Assembly: GCA_035623825.1 (NCBI GenBank)
Contig: DASPSR010000063.1
Location: 13,982-77,981 of the forward strand
Reading direction: 5' to 3'
Source of the DNA: Nitrospirota bacterium
Lineage (GTDB): Bacteria > Nitrospirota > UBA9217
Length of the DNA: 64,000 bases
The translations under genes and the position numbers were made by a program. Under the pieces are notes generated by a model that was given only the letters and a program-made list of their open reading frames with translations, was not told the origin of the DNA and made no database searches. Below, in pieces: positions 27,888-38,065 of this stretch. Position 1 is the first letter of the stretch, and each line of letters begins with the position of its first letter.

Positions 27888-29521
27888 ATCAGAATCACCA
27901 GCTCTCATTGAAAGAGCTTCCCTATATTATCCAGTGGCGGGAAGACCGTTGCACCCGCTGCGGCCGGTGCACGGCTGTCTGCCCTATGAAGGCCATCGAA
28001 GCAACGGTCTACACCCAGCGGGTGGTGACGTCCGAGGGCGCGAGCCCGGAACCGAAGGTCTCGCGGCGGCTGACCCACGTGGTGCGTCAGGTCACGGAAA
28101 TCGAGCGTTACTGCATCGGCTGCGGCGGCTGCGCGCTCGTCTGCCCCACGGATGCGATATTCCCGGAGCATAATTTCCAGCATAAGTTCTACCACTTCAA
28201 GAACAAGGGCGGCATCCCGTATATGCGGGGCGGCAGACGGAACGATCCGTCAACGTCGACGCTCGACAAGCTCAAGTTCACTCGCATCTCGATGCTCACG
28301 GACCCGGCCCTCGATGCAGGCAGGCATGAGTTCCGCATCAGGACGCTACTCGGCAGGAACCTGCCGGCGGAGAGGCTCCCGCTTAAAGTTGAAGGCGACA
28401 AGCTCTCGATCAGCGACCACACCTTTATCCCGCCGGTACGCGAGATCTTCCCGATCCGCATCGGCAGCATGTCCATCGGCGCGCTCTCTCCGCACATGTG
28501 GGAAGGCCTTGCCATGGGCATCACGTACTTGAACGAGGTAGAAGGCCTTCCGGTGGTGATGTGCTCGGGCGAAGGCGGCATGCCCCCGAGCATCCTGAAG
28601 TCGCGCTACATCAAATACTTCATCCTCCAGATCGCTTCCGGTTATTTCGGCTGGGACGAGATCATCCATGCCATTCCCGACATGATCGAGGATCCCTGCG
28701 CAATCGAGATCAAATACGGCCAGGGCGCAAAGCCCGGCGACGGCGGTCTGCTCCAGGCTTATAAAGTTCTTGGCCTCATCGCCAAGATCCGCGGCGTACC
28801 GCAGTTCGTCGACCTTGCATCACCGCCCACGCACCAGACCAAGTACTCGATCGAAGAGGCCGTGGCGAAGATGATCCAGTCCATGTCCATGGCCTGGGGA
28901 TTCCGCGTGCCGGTTTATCCCAAGATCTCCGGGACCAAGACAGCGCGCGCCGTTCTCAATAACCTCGCGAGGAACCCATACGCTGCAGCGCTCTGCATCG
29001 ACGGAGAGGACGGCGGCACGGGCGCGGCGTACAACGTTTCGATGGACAAGATGGGCCATCCCATCGCATCCAACATCCGCGACTGCTACCTGGACCTCGT
29101 CAGGCAGGGCAAGCAGAACGAGCTTCCTATCATCGCTGCAGGCGGCGTAGGCAAGGGCGGCAATCTCGCGGCGAACGCGGCAGCGCTCATTATGCTTGGG
29201 GCGTCGGCCGTTGACATCGGCAAGTACATCATGCAGGCTGCCGCGGGCTGCTTCGGCGACGAACACAACCGCTGCAACGTGTGCAACCTGGGCAGATGCC
29301 CGCGCGGCATCACGACCCAGGACCCGAAACTCTACCGCAGGCTCGACCCGGACAAGGTTGCCGAGCGTGTGGTCGAGGTCTTTAAAGCCGCGGACGTGGA
29401 GCTCAAGAAGATATTCGCGCCCATGGGCAGGAGCACCGAGCTGCCCATCGGCATGTCTGACGGCCTCGGCGTTGGTGATAAAGAGATCGCGGACCGGCTG
29501 CAGATCAGCTACGTGTGCTGA
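27866..29521 (+). CDS. glutamate synthase FMN-binding subunit with N-terminal 2x[4Fe-4S]
   Basis: CTRCGRCTAVCP, CIGCGGCALVCP, MSIGALS, SGEGG, EIKYGQGAKPGDGG, GGTGA, CNVCNLGRCPRGITTQ. Confidence 0.9.
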   Translation: MEPAARLDQNHQLSLKELPYIIQWREDRCTRCGRCTAVCPMKAIEATVYTQRVVTSEGASPEPKVSRRLTHVVRQVTEIERYCIGCGGCALVCPTDAIFPEHNFQHKFYHFKNKGGIPYMRGGRRNDPSTSTLDKLKFTRISMLTDPALDAGRHEFRIRTLLGRNLPAERLPLKVEGDKLSISDHTFIPPVREIFPIRIGSMSIGALSPHMWEGLAMGITYLNEVEGLPVVMCSGEGGMPPSILKSRYIKYFILQIASGYFGWDEIIHAIPDMIEDPCAIEIKYGQGAKPGDGGLLQAYKVLGLIAKIRGVPQFVDLASPPTHQTKYSIEEAVAKMIQSMSMAWGFRVPVYPKISGTKTARAVLNNLARNPYAAALCIDGEDGGTGAAYNVSMDKMGHPIASNIRDCYLDLVRQGKQNELPIIAAGGVGKGGNLAANAAALIMLGASAVDIGKYIMQAAAGCFGDEHNRCNVCNLGRCPRGITTQDPKLYRRLDPDKVAERVVEVFKAADVELKKIFAPMGRSTELPIGMSDGLGVGDKEIADRLQISYVC

Positions 29522-29612
29522 TACAGAGTCCCCATGCTTTACCGCGAAGACGCCAGGTCGCCACATTATTGCTTAAACGTATTTGAGACTAGGTGGCAGA
29601 TAGGGTTAAAAG

Positions 29613-31943
29613 ATGATAATCAGAGGCAATATCGACGGGAAAAGGGTCTCATCAAAAGACCTCGAAGAGCAGGTGCAGAAAGCCATCAGGGATGGCGTTA
29701 AAGAGATCACCGTTCATGCCGACGGCCAGCACGGCATCGGCGGCCGGATCTGGCCAAGAGCGGAGAAGGTCAAGGTGACCATCGAAGGCACGGCCGGCCA
29801 GCGCGTAGGCAGCATGGGCATGGACAACACCGAGATCGTAATCAAGGGTTCGTCGTCCGATGACACAGGCTGGCTCAACTGCGGCGCCACCATCACGGTG
29901 CTCGGGGACGTTGCGAATGGCGCCCATAACGCAGGCGCCCAGGGCATTCTCTATGTGCAGGGCGGCGGCGGGGCGCGCTGCGACACGATGACCAAGAAAA
30001 ACCCCCGGTTCCCTGACCTGCAGTCGTGGTACTTCGGTGGAGTTGGCGATTCCTTTGCGGAGTTCAAGGCAGGCGGCATTGCCGTGGTCTGCGGCGTGAA
30101 CCCCCGCGATCCGGAGAACATCCTCGGTTACCGCCCTTGCGTAGGCATGGTCGGCGGCACGATTTACTTCCGCGGCAAGATCAAGGACGAGTACAGCAAG
30201 ACCGATGTAAGGCTTGTCGAGCTTACGTCCCAAGACTGGGAGTGGCTGACTGAGAACATGAAGCCCTACCTCAAGGCCATTGATCGCATGTCCTACTACG
30301 AGGAACTGACGAAGGACATGAGCGCTTGGAAGAAGATCATCGCTTACACGCCTGCCGAGAAAGCGAAGCTGAAGGGCAGACTCAAGATGAGTTTGACCGA
30401 GTTCCGCCTGAACGTCTGGGAGAAGGAAGTCGGTAGAGGTGGCATGTTCGGCGCGTATCTCACGCACGACCGCACGGTGCTTCCTTATATAACCACTGGC
30501 GAAGACCGCCGCTGGAAGCCGGTCTGGAAGAACGATTCGTACCTTCCGCCCTGCGCCTATGCCTGCCCATCGCGCATCCCGTCGCACAAAAGGGCTTCGC
30601 TCATCCGGCAGGGGAGGGCGGACGAAGCGCTGGCCCTGGTGCTTCAGTACAGCCCGCTCCCGGCAACGGTCTGCGGCACGGTCTGCCCCAACCTGTGCAT
30701 GACCGATTGTACCCGCGGCAGGGTCGACAAACCTCTCGATATCAAGAAGTACGGTCAGCTTGCGCTGAATCTCAAGGCCCCGAAGAAGGCAAAATCGTCC
30801 GGCTACTCGATCGCCGTCATCGGCGGTGGACCGGGCGGCCTCTCGGCCGCGTGGCAGCTCGGACTCAAGGGGCACGCCGTTGACCTCTATGAGGCGTCAG
30901 GCAAGATCGGCGGAAAGCTGGAGATGTGCATCCCGCGAGAGCGTTTGCCCAAGAGGATCTTGGATAAAGAGCTCTCGCGCTTTGCCGAGATAGGCGTTAA
31001 CGTCCACACCGGGGTTTCGGTGGACAAAAAGAAATTCGACAGCATCTACAAGGACCACGATGTGGTGATTGTCGCCGTGGGAGCGCATGAGGCGCGGGTA
31101 ATCCCTTTCCCGGGCTCCGATGACGTGGTGGCGGGCATCGACTACCTCAAGGAAGTGAACTTCGGCAGGCCGAAGAATCTGAAAGGGAAGAAGGTCGTCG
31201 TGATCGGCGCGGGCAACGTCGGTATGGATATCGCCTGCCAGGCGTACGACCATGGCGCAGAGTCTGTGATCGCCGTTGACATCCAGAAGCCATTATCATT
31301 CAGCAAGGAGCAGGAACTTGCCAGATCCAAGGGCACTGAAATCCAGTATCCGAAGATAACAGAGCGGTACGACGCGAAAGGAAAGAAGATCTTTTTCAAG
31401 GACGGCACGTCGCTCCACGCCGATATGGTCGTCATTTCCATCGGCGAAAAGCCGATGCTCGACTTCCTGCCTGCCGAGATCCACACCGAGCGTGGATATA
31501 TAACGGTTAACGATCTTGGCCAGACGTCGGATGTGAAGGTCTTTGCCATAGGAGATGCGACCAAACCCGGCCTCGTGACCCATGCAATTGGCCAGGGGAA
31601 GGTGGCTGCCGATGTAATCAATGCCCAGCTGATGAACTACCGCTATGTACCGGAAGAGCGTAAGGTCATCCCCTACGAGAAGGTGAAGACCCAGTACTAC
31701 GAAGTATGCAGGCTCAACGACGTAAAGTTCTCGCCGAAAAAGGAAGCGGACCGCTGCATGAGCTGCGGTTCCTGCCGGGATTGCGGCATGTGCGAACAGT
31801 CGTGCTACTACGGTGCTATCACACGCAGGAAGCTCCCGAACAGGTCCTACGAGTACGTCGTTGACGAGTCCAGGTGTATCGGCTGCGGTTTCTGCTCCGG
31901 CATTTGCCCTTGCGGGGTCTGGGAAATGGTCGAAAATGTTTAA
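29613..31943 (+). CDS. glutamate synthase GXGXG domain fused to a GltD-like FAD/NAD(P) oxidoreductase and C-terminal 2x[4Fe-4S]
   Basis: N-terminal GXGXG repeats; PPCAYACP, CGTVCPNLC, IGGGPGG, IGAGNVGMD; CMSCGSCRDC, CIGCGFCSGICP. Confidence 0.88.
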   Translation: MIIRGNIDGKRVSSKDLEEQVQKAIRDGVKEITVHADGQHGIGGRIWPRAEKVKVTIEGTAGQRVGSMGMDNTEIVIKGSSSDDTGWLNCGATITVLGDVANGAHNAGAQGILYVQGGGGARCDTMTKKNPRFPDLQSWYFGGVGDSFAEFKAGGIAVVCGVNPRDPENILGYRPCVGMVGGTIYFRGKIKDEYSKTDVRLVELTSQDWEWLTENMKPYLKAIDRMSYYEELTKDMSAWKKIIAYTPAEKAKLKGRLKMSLTEFRLNVWEKEVGRGGMFGAYLTHDRTVLPYITTGEDRRWKPVWKNDSYLPPCAYACPSRIPSHKRASLIRQGRADEALALVLQYSPLPATVCGTVCPNLCMTDCTRGRVDKPLDIKKYGQLALNLKAPKKAKSSGYSIAVIGGGPGGLSAAWQLGLKGHAVDLYEASGKIGGKLEMCIPRERLPKRILDKELSRFAEIGVNVHTGVSVDKKKFDSIYKDHDVVIVAVGAHEARVIPFPGSDDVVAGIDYLKEVNFGRPKNLKGKKVVVIGAGNVGMDIACQAYDHGAESVIAVDIQKPLSFSKEQELARSKGTEIQYPKITERYDAKGKKIFFKDGTSLHADMVVISIGEKPMLDFLPAEIHTERGYITVNDLGQTSDVKVFAIGDATKPGLVTHAIGQGKVAADVINAQLMNYRYVPEERKVIPYEKVKTQYYEVCRLNDVKFSPKKEADRCMSCGSCRDCGMCEQSCYYGAITRRKLPNRSYEYVVDESRCIGCGFCSGICPCGVWEMVENV

Positions 31944-32032
31944 ATCACGAGCTATGTTCTATGACCCTGTCCTTATGGCATCTTGGGGCATTGATGAAAG
32001 ACGGAAATGTGCAACGAATGGTGCAAATAGCG

Positions 32033-32067
32033 AAGCCTGCCAGGGACGCCCGGCCGGCTTTTTTTAT
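32033..32067 (+). terminator. intrinsic terminator after the glt operon
   Basis: AAGCCTGCC...GGCCGGCTT stem followed by a T-run. Confidence 0.65.
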
Positions 32068-32202
32068 TGTAACGGCGTGCCTTCCTGGTGTCGCCCCCCA
32101 TATTGACATCCTGTCATCAGTGTGACAGGAAGGCGTTCACCCTGTGTTGTATCAGTGCTCAGGTTTGAGCTTACCGCGTTCTGCGGGACGAAGGAGTATT
32201 TC

Positions 32203-32679
32203 GTGCATAAGACCTCACTCCGGGGGGTGCGGACGGTCGCGGTCTTCGAGGCGGCAAAGGGCGCCCTTGTTCTGCTGACGGGGTTCGGCATTGTGTCTCT
32301 CATCCACCACGGCGCGCAGGAGGTGGCCGAGGAGCTGGTTGGCCATCTCCACCTCGATCCGGCAAATGGTTCCCCGCGCATCTTCCTTGACCTCGCTGGA
32401 AGGCTTACAGATCAGAGGCTGTGGCTGCTTGCCGTACTGGCATTCGGCTATGCAAGTATGCGGTTCGCCGAGGCATGGGGGCTGTGGTGGGGACGGCGCT
32501 GGGCTTTATGGTTCGCTGTGGCGAGCGGATCTATTTATGTACCGGTAGAGGTATATGAACTGTTCCACGGAGTGTCGCGGGTAAAGGTCATTGCATTGGT
32601 CGTGAACGGAATCATCGTGGCCTCCATGAGCTATGCATTGTGGCAGCGCAAAAAGGGCCATGGTGACGGTGGGATATGA
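32203..32679 (+). CDS. DUF2127-family membrane protein
   Basis: VAVFEAAKG, HLHLDPA, EAWGLW, YVPVEVYE. Confidence 0.8.
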   Translation: MHKTSLRGVRTVAVFEAAKGALVLLTGFGIVSLIHHGAQEVAEELVGHLHLDPANGSPRIFLDLAGRLTDQRLWLLAVLAFGYASMRFAEAWGLWWGRRWALWFAVASGSIYVPVEVYELFHGVSRVKVIALVVNGIIVASMSYALWQRKKGHGDGGI

Positions 32680-33047
32680 TTGGCCGGAAAATCCCATGAG
32701 CCGCCGATCCACCCGTGCCTGACGGTCTGATTCTGCGCGGTCATGCCCGCGAAGCTCCCGAACAAGTCTTGCGAGCTCGCGGCTGATGAACCTAAAATGG
32801 GCGCGGAATGATAGCCGTCAGAATCATCATCTGGCCGGCCCCTCGATCATTTGATGGCTTGTTGACACAATGCAATCTTTCAGATAGACTCTGAAGAAGG
32901 CTGACGCGCGGTTGACACAGCGGCGGATGAAAGAACCATGGGGGAAACCTGTAACTTCTTTTGCTTCTCATTGAAGTGAAGAAATAGAAACAGTCCGGGT
33001 GCATGGCACAGGGTGAAGGCGGAGTCGTCAAGAGCGAAGGAGACAGC

Positions 33048-33386
33048 ATGGGGGACTTTTTCAAGAAGATGAAGACCAAGGCAATCCTCGGGGGAATAGT
33101 CTTTTGTATTCTGACGATACTGTACAGTTACTTCGTTGCGGACACTGTCCAGACAAGGATCACCGACGCCGAGATGACGAAGGTGGACGGGAGGTTCATG
33201 ATCGCGACCGAATACCGCCCCTTTGTGAATGAGGACGCCCGGTACCGGTTCAAGTTCGATTCGGGTACAATCCAGAACGAAGCAATCCGGCTAAAGGGAA
33301 AGCTGGTAAGGATCAAGAAGTACGGGTGGAGAATGCCGCTCTTTTCCATGTATGAAAATGTAGTGAATATTGAAGAGGTGAAGTAG
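33048..33386 (+). CDS. DUF1523-like membrane-anchored protein
   Basis: One TM; NEDARYRFKFDSG...YGWRMPLFSMYEN; RBS AAGGAG. Confidence 0.65.
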   Translation: MGDFFKKMKTKAILGGIVFCILTILYSYFVADTVQTRITDAEMTKVDGRFMIATEYRPFVNEDARYRFKFDSGTIQNEAIRLKGKLVRIKKYGWRMPLFSMYENVVNIEEVK

Positions 33387-33516
33387 GGCGGTTCAATGCC
33401 TGTTGCAAGATGCGGAGTCAGGATGCAAACCCGATCCGCAATGCGCGCCATCTGGAGCGAGCAAGAAGAAATCACTATGAATGGCTGAACCTCAAAGGTT
33501 CGCCGTGGGTGTGAAT

Positions 33517-34281
33517 ATGTCTGGACCGACTGGTTACAAACGATCAATACGCAAGACGCGGCTCACGGTCGTCGCCGTAATTGCCGCGGCGCTTGTCGTT
33601 GCAGCGGCCATCTTGACTGTCGAGTCATTGCCGGCGGGGGCTCAAAATGGTCTGTTGCCCGTCCGAAAACCCGATGCGCCCGCGTGGCCTGAACCGGATC
33701 CTCTAAACGATTCGCTGCCGGCCAAAGGGAAATTCCTCGTCGCCAGCAATACACTCGGTGATCCCCGGTTTCAGGAGACCGTTGTCCTGCTTATCAGCTA
33801 CAATGACGATGGCGCAGCGGGCCTCATCATCAACCGGCCCACAAAGGTGCCTATTGCCGACATGCTCCCCGACGTGCGGGACCTGAAGAGAAGAGCCGAT
33901 ATCGTCTACTATGGCGGGCCCGTCGAGAACAATCGGATATTGATGCTCATCCGGTCCGGCGAAAAGCCGGAAGATTCGGGCCGCGTGTTTGGAAATGTGT
34001 ACGTGAGTATGAGCGAGAATACTCTGGAACGGATGATCGGCGCGAAAAAACCTGAAAAAGAGCTTCGGTTCTATGCGGGATATGCGGGGTGGTTGCCGGG
34101 GCAGCTTGACGGCGAGGTGTCGAGAGGCGACTGGCACATCATCCAAGCCGATGTAGGTTCTATCTTTGATAAGAAATCGTCCGATATCTGGAAGGAACTC
34201 TTTCGACGAGCCTCTGCGATACAGGTATTAAACCAGAGCGAGCCTGATTTTGCGCTTGTTCCAGAAACGCCGACCTCCTGA
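33517..34281 (+). CDS. YqgE/AlgH-family protein with N-terminal TM or signal extension
   Basis: DPRFQETVVLL, GLIINRP, GGPV, GYAGWLPGQLDGE; start uncertain (33481 or 33517). Confidence 0.85.
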   Translation: MSGPTGYKRSIRKTRLTVVAVIAAALVVAAAILTVESLPAGAQNGLLPVRKPDAPAWPEPDPLNDSLPAKGKFLVASNTLGDPRFQETVVLLISYNDDGAAGLIINRPTKVPIADMLPDVRDLKRRADIVYYGGPVENNRILMLIRSGEKPEDSGRVFGNVYVSMSENTLERMIGAKKPEKELRFYAGYAGWLPGQLDGEVSRGDWHIIQADVGSIFDKKSSDIWKELFRRASAIQVLNQSEPDFALVPETPTS

Positions 34282-34398
34282 CGATGTCGCAGTTGTTCCG
34301 CTCTTCTTCCCCTCCTGCGACGCACGCCGACGGATCGCGTATAATCCAAAGCGTCGGGGAGCAAAATCGTTTAGGAGTACACCACCTGTCCTTTGATT

Positions 34399-34434
34399 AA
34401 AAAAGCCTGACAGCGTATCAGCTGGCAGGCTTTT
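34399..34434. terminator. bidirectional terminator between convergent genes
   Basis: AAAAGCCTGACAGC-GTATCA-GCTGGCAGGCTTTT. Confidence 0.7.
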
Positions 34435-34469
34435 GTCTTCCTTATTCTTATCGCCATCGGGACTCTCTA

Positions 34470-35053
34470 TCACCGTTGAGGCGGCGGGGCAGGTACTGAA
34501 GCCGGTATCTGATTCTTGACCGGCTTGATGCTCTTTAGATAGGCAAAGATCGCCTTGAGATCAGAGTCCGTCATTTTGCCAATGTCCTGCCAGGGCATGG
34601 GGGGCAAAATGTCGCGCCCTGCTTCCATGAACTTGCCGGTGCGCAGTGTCCTGATAAACAGCTCCTCATGCCAAACCCCTATGCCGGGTTCCGCGTCAGG
34701 CGTAAGATTGGAAGAATAGCTGATGCCCAGGGGCCGGCCCACCCTGTCAAATTGTTGTTGGTTAAAGCGCCCCATTTGTCCGGGCCGATTACACTCGGCG
34801 GAATCGGTGGCAGTTTCTCATCGGCAGGGTGCCCTGAAAGAAGCCGCGCCTCATCAGGCGCGGGGCCGTTCGGGGTCATTTTTTTTGGTGAGTGGCAGTC
34901 ATTGCATCCCCCCACGGTGGCAAGATATTGACCCCTCTCGATCATTGCCTTTTCGCCGGCCCCTTTCTGCTCTGAGCTGAACGAAACTCCTGTTATCAAA
35001 AAAAGGCTGGATAGACCAATAATCGCACCTCCTGCAATGGCTGTCCCTCTCAT
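34470..35053 (-). pseudogene. periplasmic c-type cytochrome, frameshifted (or sequencing error)
   Basis: Signal peptide plus CNDCH in one frame; ISYSSNLTPD...ILPPMPW...DLKAIFAYLKS in another; shift at a short G-run near 34727 (WAGPW/GISY). Confidence 0.75.
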
Positions 35054-35447
35054 GGCATACCTCCTTGATGAAGAAATTAGAAGCAGTGTGCTTGCCCAAC
35101 AAAAGTTGACTTGCCCGTCAGAGTATTGAGGATGGGCTCCGTCGTCCTCATGGTGTGGCACTTTTCTCGTGAACTGCAGATGTCCTATCAAAATCTTGTT
35201 TAAAAAGTAACATATGGTCTAGCGACAATCAATGAGACAAAGGTATGATTTTCATGTACTGTGCATAATGGTCTCGAAAGGGTTGATTTTATTAAATACG
35301 AAAATATTTAAAACATCGGTCTCATTTTGCCGCTGTTCCGTTGACTGTGCCTGAAGACAGAGATATAATTAAAAAAAGGACAAACAAAGTTCTCAATTGC
35401 AGGTGATTGCTCCCTATTTTTATGGAAGGGGGGCAAGGAGGTAAAGT

Positions 35448-35714
35448 ATGTGGTACATGATTGAGTCGCGCCACACTCCTGAAGAGTGCCTGAGGGCGCT
35501 GGATGAACAGCTTGCCAAGGGCCCGGACGTTTTGAAGAAGTTCTACTATGGCTGCAAGGCCGGGGACCACACCGGATATGCCATCGTAGAATCGAAGAGT
35601 GATATAGAAGCCCGCAAACTGGTTCCAAGCTTCCTGATCGACAAGACACGCATTTTGGAGGTGGGCGTATTCACCCCCGAGGTGATCAGGTCCTTCCATA
35701 CTAAAGCGGCATAG
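35448..35714 (+). CDS. small hypothetical protein with His/Cys motifs
   Basis: Strong RBS AAGGAGG; HTPEEC...GCKAGDHTG; own terminator. Confidence 0.8.
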   Translation: MWYMIESRHTPEECLRALDEQLAKGPDVLKKFYYGCKAGDHTGYAIVESKSDIEARKLVPSFLIDKTRILEVGVFTPEVIRSFHTKAA

Positions 35715-35746
35715 CAGGCAGAAGAACCAAAATCACTATCGTTTCC

Positions 35747-35783
35747 TGTCCGGATGGGGGCAAACTCATCCGGACATTTTTTT
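35747..35783 (+). terminator. intrinsic terminator
   Basis: TGTCCGGATG-loop-CATCCGGACA followed by a T-run. Confidence 0.8.
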
Positions 35784-36081
35784 GAGGTCGCAAAGAGACA
35801 GGGGTGTTAAACAACCCTGATCGGATCGTTTGGATGAAAAAAACCCAGAAATATACTTATAAATGGGTGATACGTGATAAAAGCTACCCAATACCGGATC
35901 CCGTAGTCAGGTCATTTTTTGGCCCACCCCTGATCAAATTTGACATCGCCTCGTTCCAGAAATAAAATAAATAAAGTACCGACTCGCTCGCGACATTACA
36001 TGAAGCGGGCGGTTTTCATACGCCTTAAGGCTTATGATAAGGAATGATTGTCCGGCTCGCTCATGAAGCGGAGGTGATACC

Positions 36082-37221
36082 GTGTTTGGAAGGCGCATAA
36101 CTCTGTTCAAGCTCCTCGGATTCGAAGTGCATATCGACCTGAGTTGGTTCCTTATAGCGCTGCTCATCACCTGGTCGCTCGCCAAGGGGCTATTCCCCGC
36201 CTCTTATCAGGGCCTTGCTCAGGCAACCTACTTGTGGATGGGCCTCTGCGGCGCGGCAGGGCTTTTTCTTTCGATCGTGTTTCATGAACTCTGTCATTCC
36301 CTTGTTGCCCGGCGGTTCGGTCTGCCCATGAAGGGGATAACGCTTTTTGTCTTTGGCGGTGTCGCTGAAATGTCCGAAGAGCCATCAAGCGCGAAGGCCG
36401 AATTCCTGATGGCCATTGCAGGGCCTCTTTCGAGCATCCTTCTCGGGCTGATACTCTATGTCGTGACCGCCCTCGCCGGCGAGATACTGTCCACCCCTGT
36501 GACCGGCGTAATCGATTATCTGGCGTCCATAAACTTCATCCTTGCCGCGTTTAATTTACTTCCCGCCTTTCCCCTGGACGGGGGCCGCGTCTTGCGTGCT
36601 GCCTTGTGGCAATGGAAGAAGAACCTGAGATGGGCTACGCGCGTCGCGTCCCGTTTCGGCACAGGGTTCGGCATGCTTCTTATCCTGCTTGGCATTTTCA
36701 ACGTCATCAGAGGCAACCTTATCGGCGGGATCTGGCAGTTCATGATCGGCATGTTTCTGCGGAACGCGGCCCAGATGTCGTACCAGCAGGTGCTCATACG
36801 CAAGGCGCTTGAGGGAGAGACGGTTCAGCATTTTATGAAAAAAGACCCTGTCACGGTGCCGTCCTCTCTTTCTATCAAACGTCTCGTTGAGGATTACATT
36901 TACAACTATCATTTCAAGATGTATCCGGTTGTAGAGGGCGGGACGCTCGTCGGCTGCATCACGACACGCCAGGTGAAAGAGACCTCGCGTGATCAGTGGG
37001 ACATCCGCACCGTGGGGGACGTGGCGAACAGGTGCTCCCCGGAAAACACCATCGGGCCGGCAGCAGATGCCCTTAAGGCCATGTCGGTCATGAGCAAGAC
37101 GGGCAATAGCCGGCTGATGGTTGTCGACGACGGACGTTTGGTCGGCATTATCACGCTCAAAGACATCATGGGATTCCTTTCGGTAAAACTGGAACTCGAT
37201 GAATTTGAAAAAAAGGCCTGA
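36082..37221 (+). CDS. site-2 protease (M50) with CBS pair
   Basis: HELCH, FNLLPAFPLDGG; two C-terminal CBS motifs; RBS GGAGGTG. Confidence 0.92.
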   Translation: MFGRRITLFKLLGFEVHIDLSWFLIALLITWSLAKGLFPASYQGLAQATYLWMGLCGAAGLFLSIVFHELCHSLVARRFGLPMKGITLFVFGGVAEMSEEPSSAKAEFLMAIAGPLSSILLGLILYVVTALAGEILSTPVTGVIDYLASINFILAAFNLLPAFPLDGGRVLRAALWQWKKNLRWATRVASRFGTGFGMLLILLGIFNVIRGNLIGGIWQFMIGMFLRNAAQMSYQQVLIRKALEGETVQHFMKKDPVTVPSSLSIKRLVEDYIYNYHFKMYPVVEGGTLVGCITTRQVKETSRDQWDIRTVGDVANRCSPENTIGPAADALKAMSVMSKTGNSRLMVVDDGRLVGIITLKDIMGFLSVKLELDEFEKKA

Positions 37222-37383
37222 TATGCGGAAAACATCCGGAGCTGTCAGGCAAAGAGATTAGATCGCGCTTTTCGGGAAGGGATGCCCTCTTTCTTCAGTG
37301 CCGAAAAGTGCTCAGCAATGGGCATTGTTCATGCGGTGCGGGATGTAATTCCGCATGGCCGATCCCGCGGGAGGAAAGACGCG

Positions 37384-37803
37384 ATGATGAGAACGCCTGC
37401 CTGGTTCGTGCCTGCAGTGGCCGCCTTGATACTCTGGGGAGTGTGGGGGTTGTTTCAAAAGCTGGCCACGAACCAGATGACGCCGCGGAATGTATATCTC
37501 GCCGCAGTCCTGGGCATGATCGTGGTCGCGCTTGCAGTTTTTGCAATGAGTGATGTCCCGCTCCAGATGAACGCCCGAGGGGTGTTCCTCGCCCTTCTGG
37601 CCGGGATCTGCAGTTCATTGGGAGGCTTTCTGTTTCTCCATGCAATCAGCAGAGGAAAGGCGTCGGTCGTAATACCTTTCACTGCGCTCTATCCGCTCGT
37701 CACCATAATCCTGTCAGTCACTGTCCTCAATGAGACCATAACGGCAAGGCATGGCTTGGGGATCGTGATGGCGCTCATCTCTATGGTGCTGCTTGCGGGC
37801 TAG
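37384..37803 (+). CDS. EamA/DMT-family small transporter
   Basis: About 5 TM helices; WGVWGLFQK, GKASVVIPFTALYP. Confidence 0.85.
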   Translation: MMRTPAWFVPAVAALILWGVWGLFQKLATNQMTPRNVYLAAVLGMIVVALAVFAMSDVPLQMNARGVFLALLAGICSSLGGFLFLHAISRGKASVVIPFTALYPLVTIILSVTVLNETITARHGLGIVMALISMVLLAG

Positions 37804-38065
37804 CCGAAACCGGATGGCGGGATCGGGTTCATCATGGGTGACGACCCGGTTGATGATATGCTCAAAGTCATTGAAGCAGAAGGCAAGAGAGGAAAAGATG
37901 AGCGATGCAGGGAGCGGTTGACATGCCGTCCGGAGCGGTTTTCGTCGTGGCCCATTTGTCGGGCGGGGATCATTCGATGGAGCTATGCAAAGAAATAGCG
38001 GGCGCTCCTTAGCAAAAAGCATCGTCAGCCATGATATAATCTTCAAAAAAGGGAGGAGTGAGCTT

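Noticed and set aside
35758-35820. c-di-GMP-I riboswitch (GGCAAAC...GGTCGCAAAG)
   Set aside because: GGCAAAC is the loop of a perfect intrinsic terminator; no GNRA-capped P2 or proper P3
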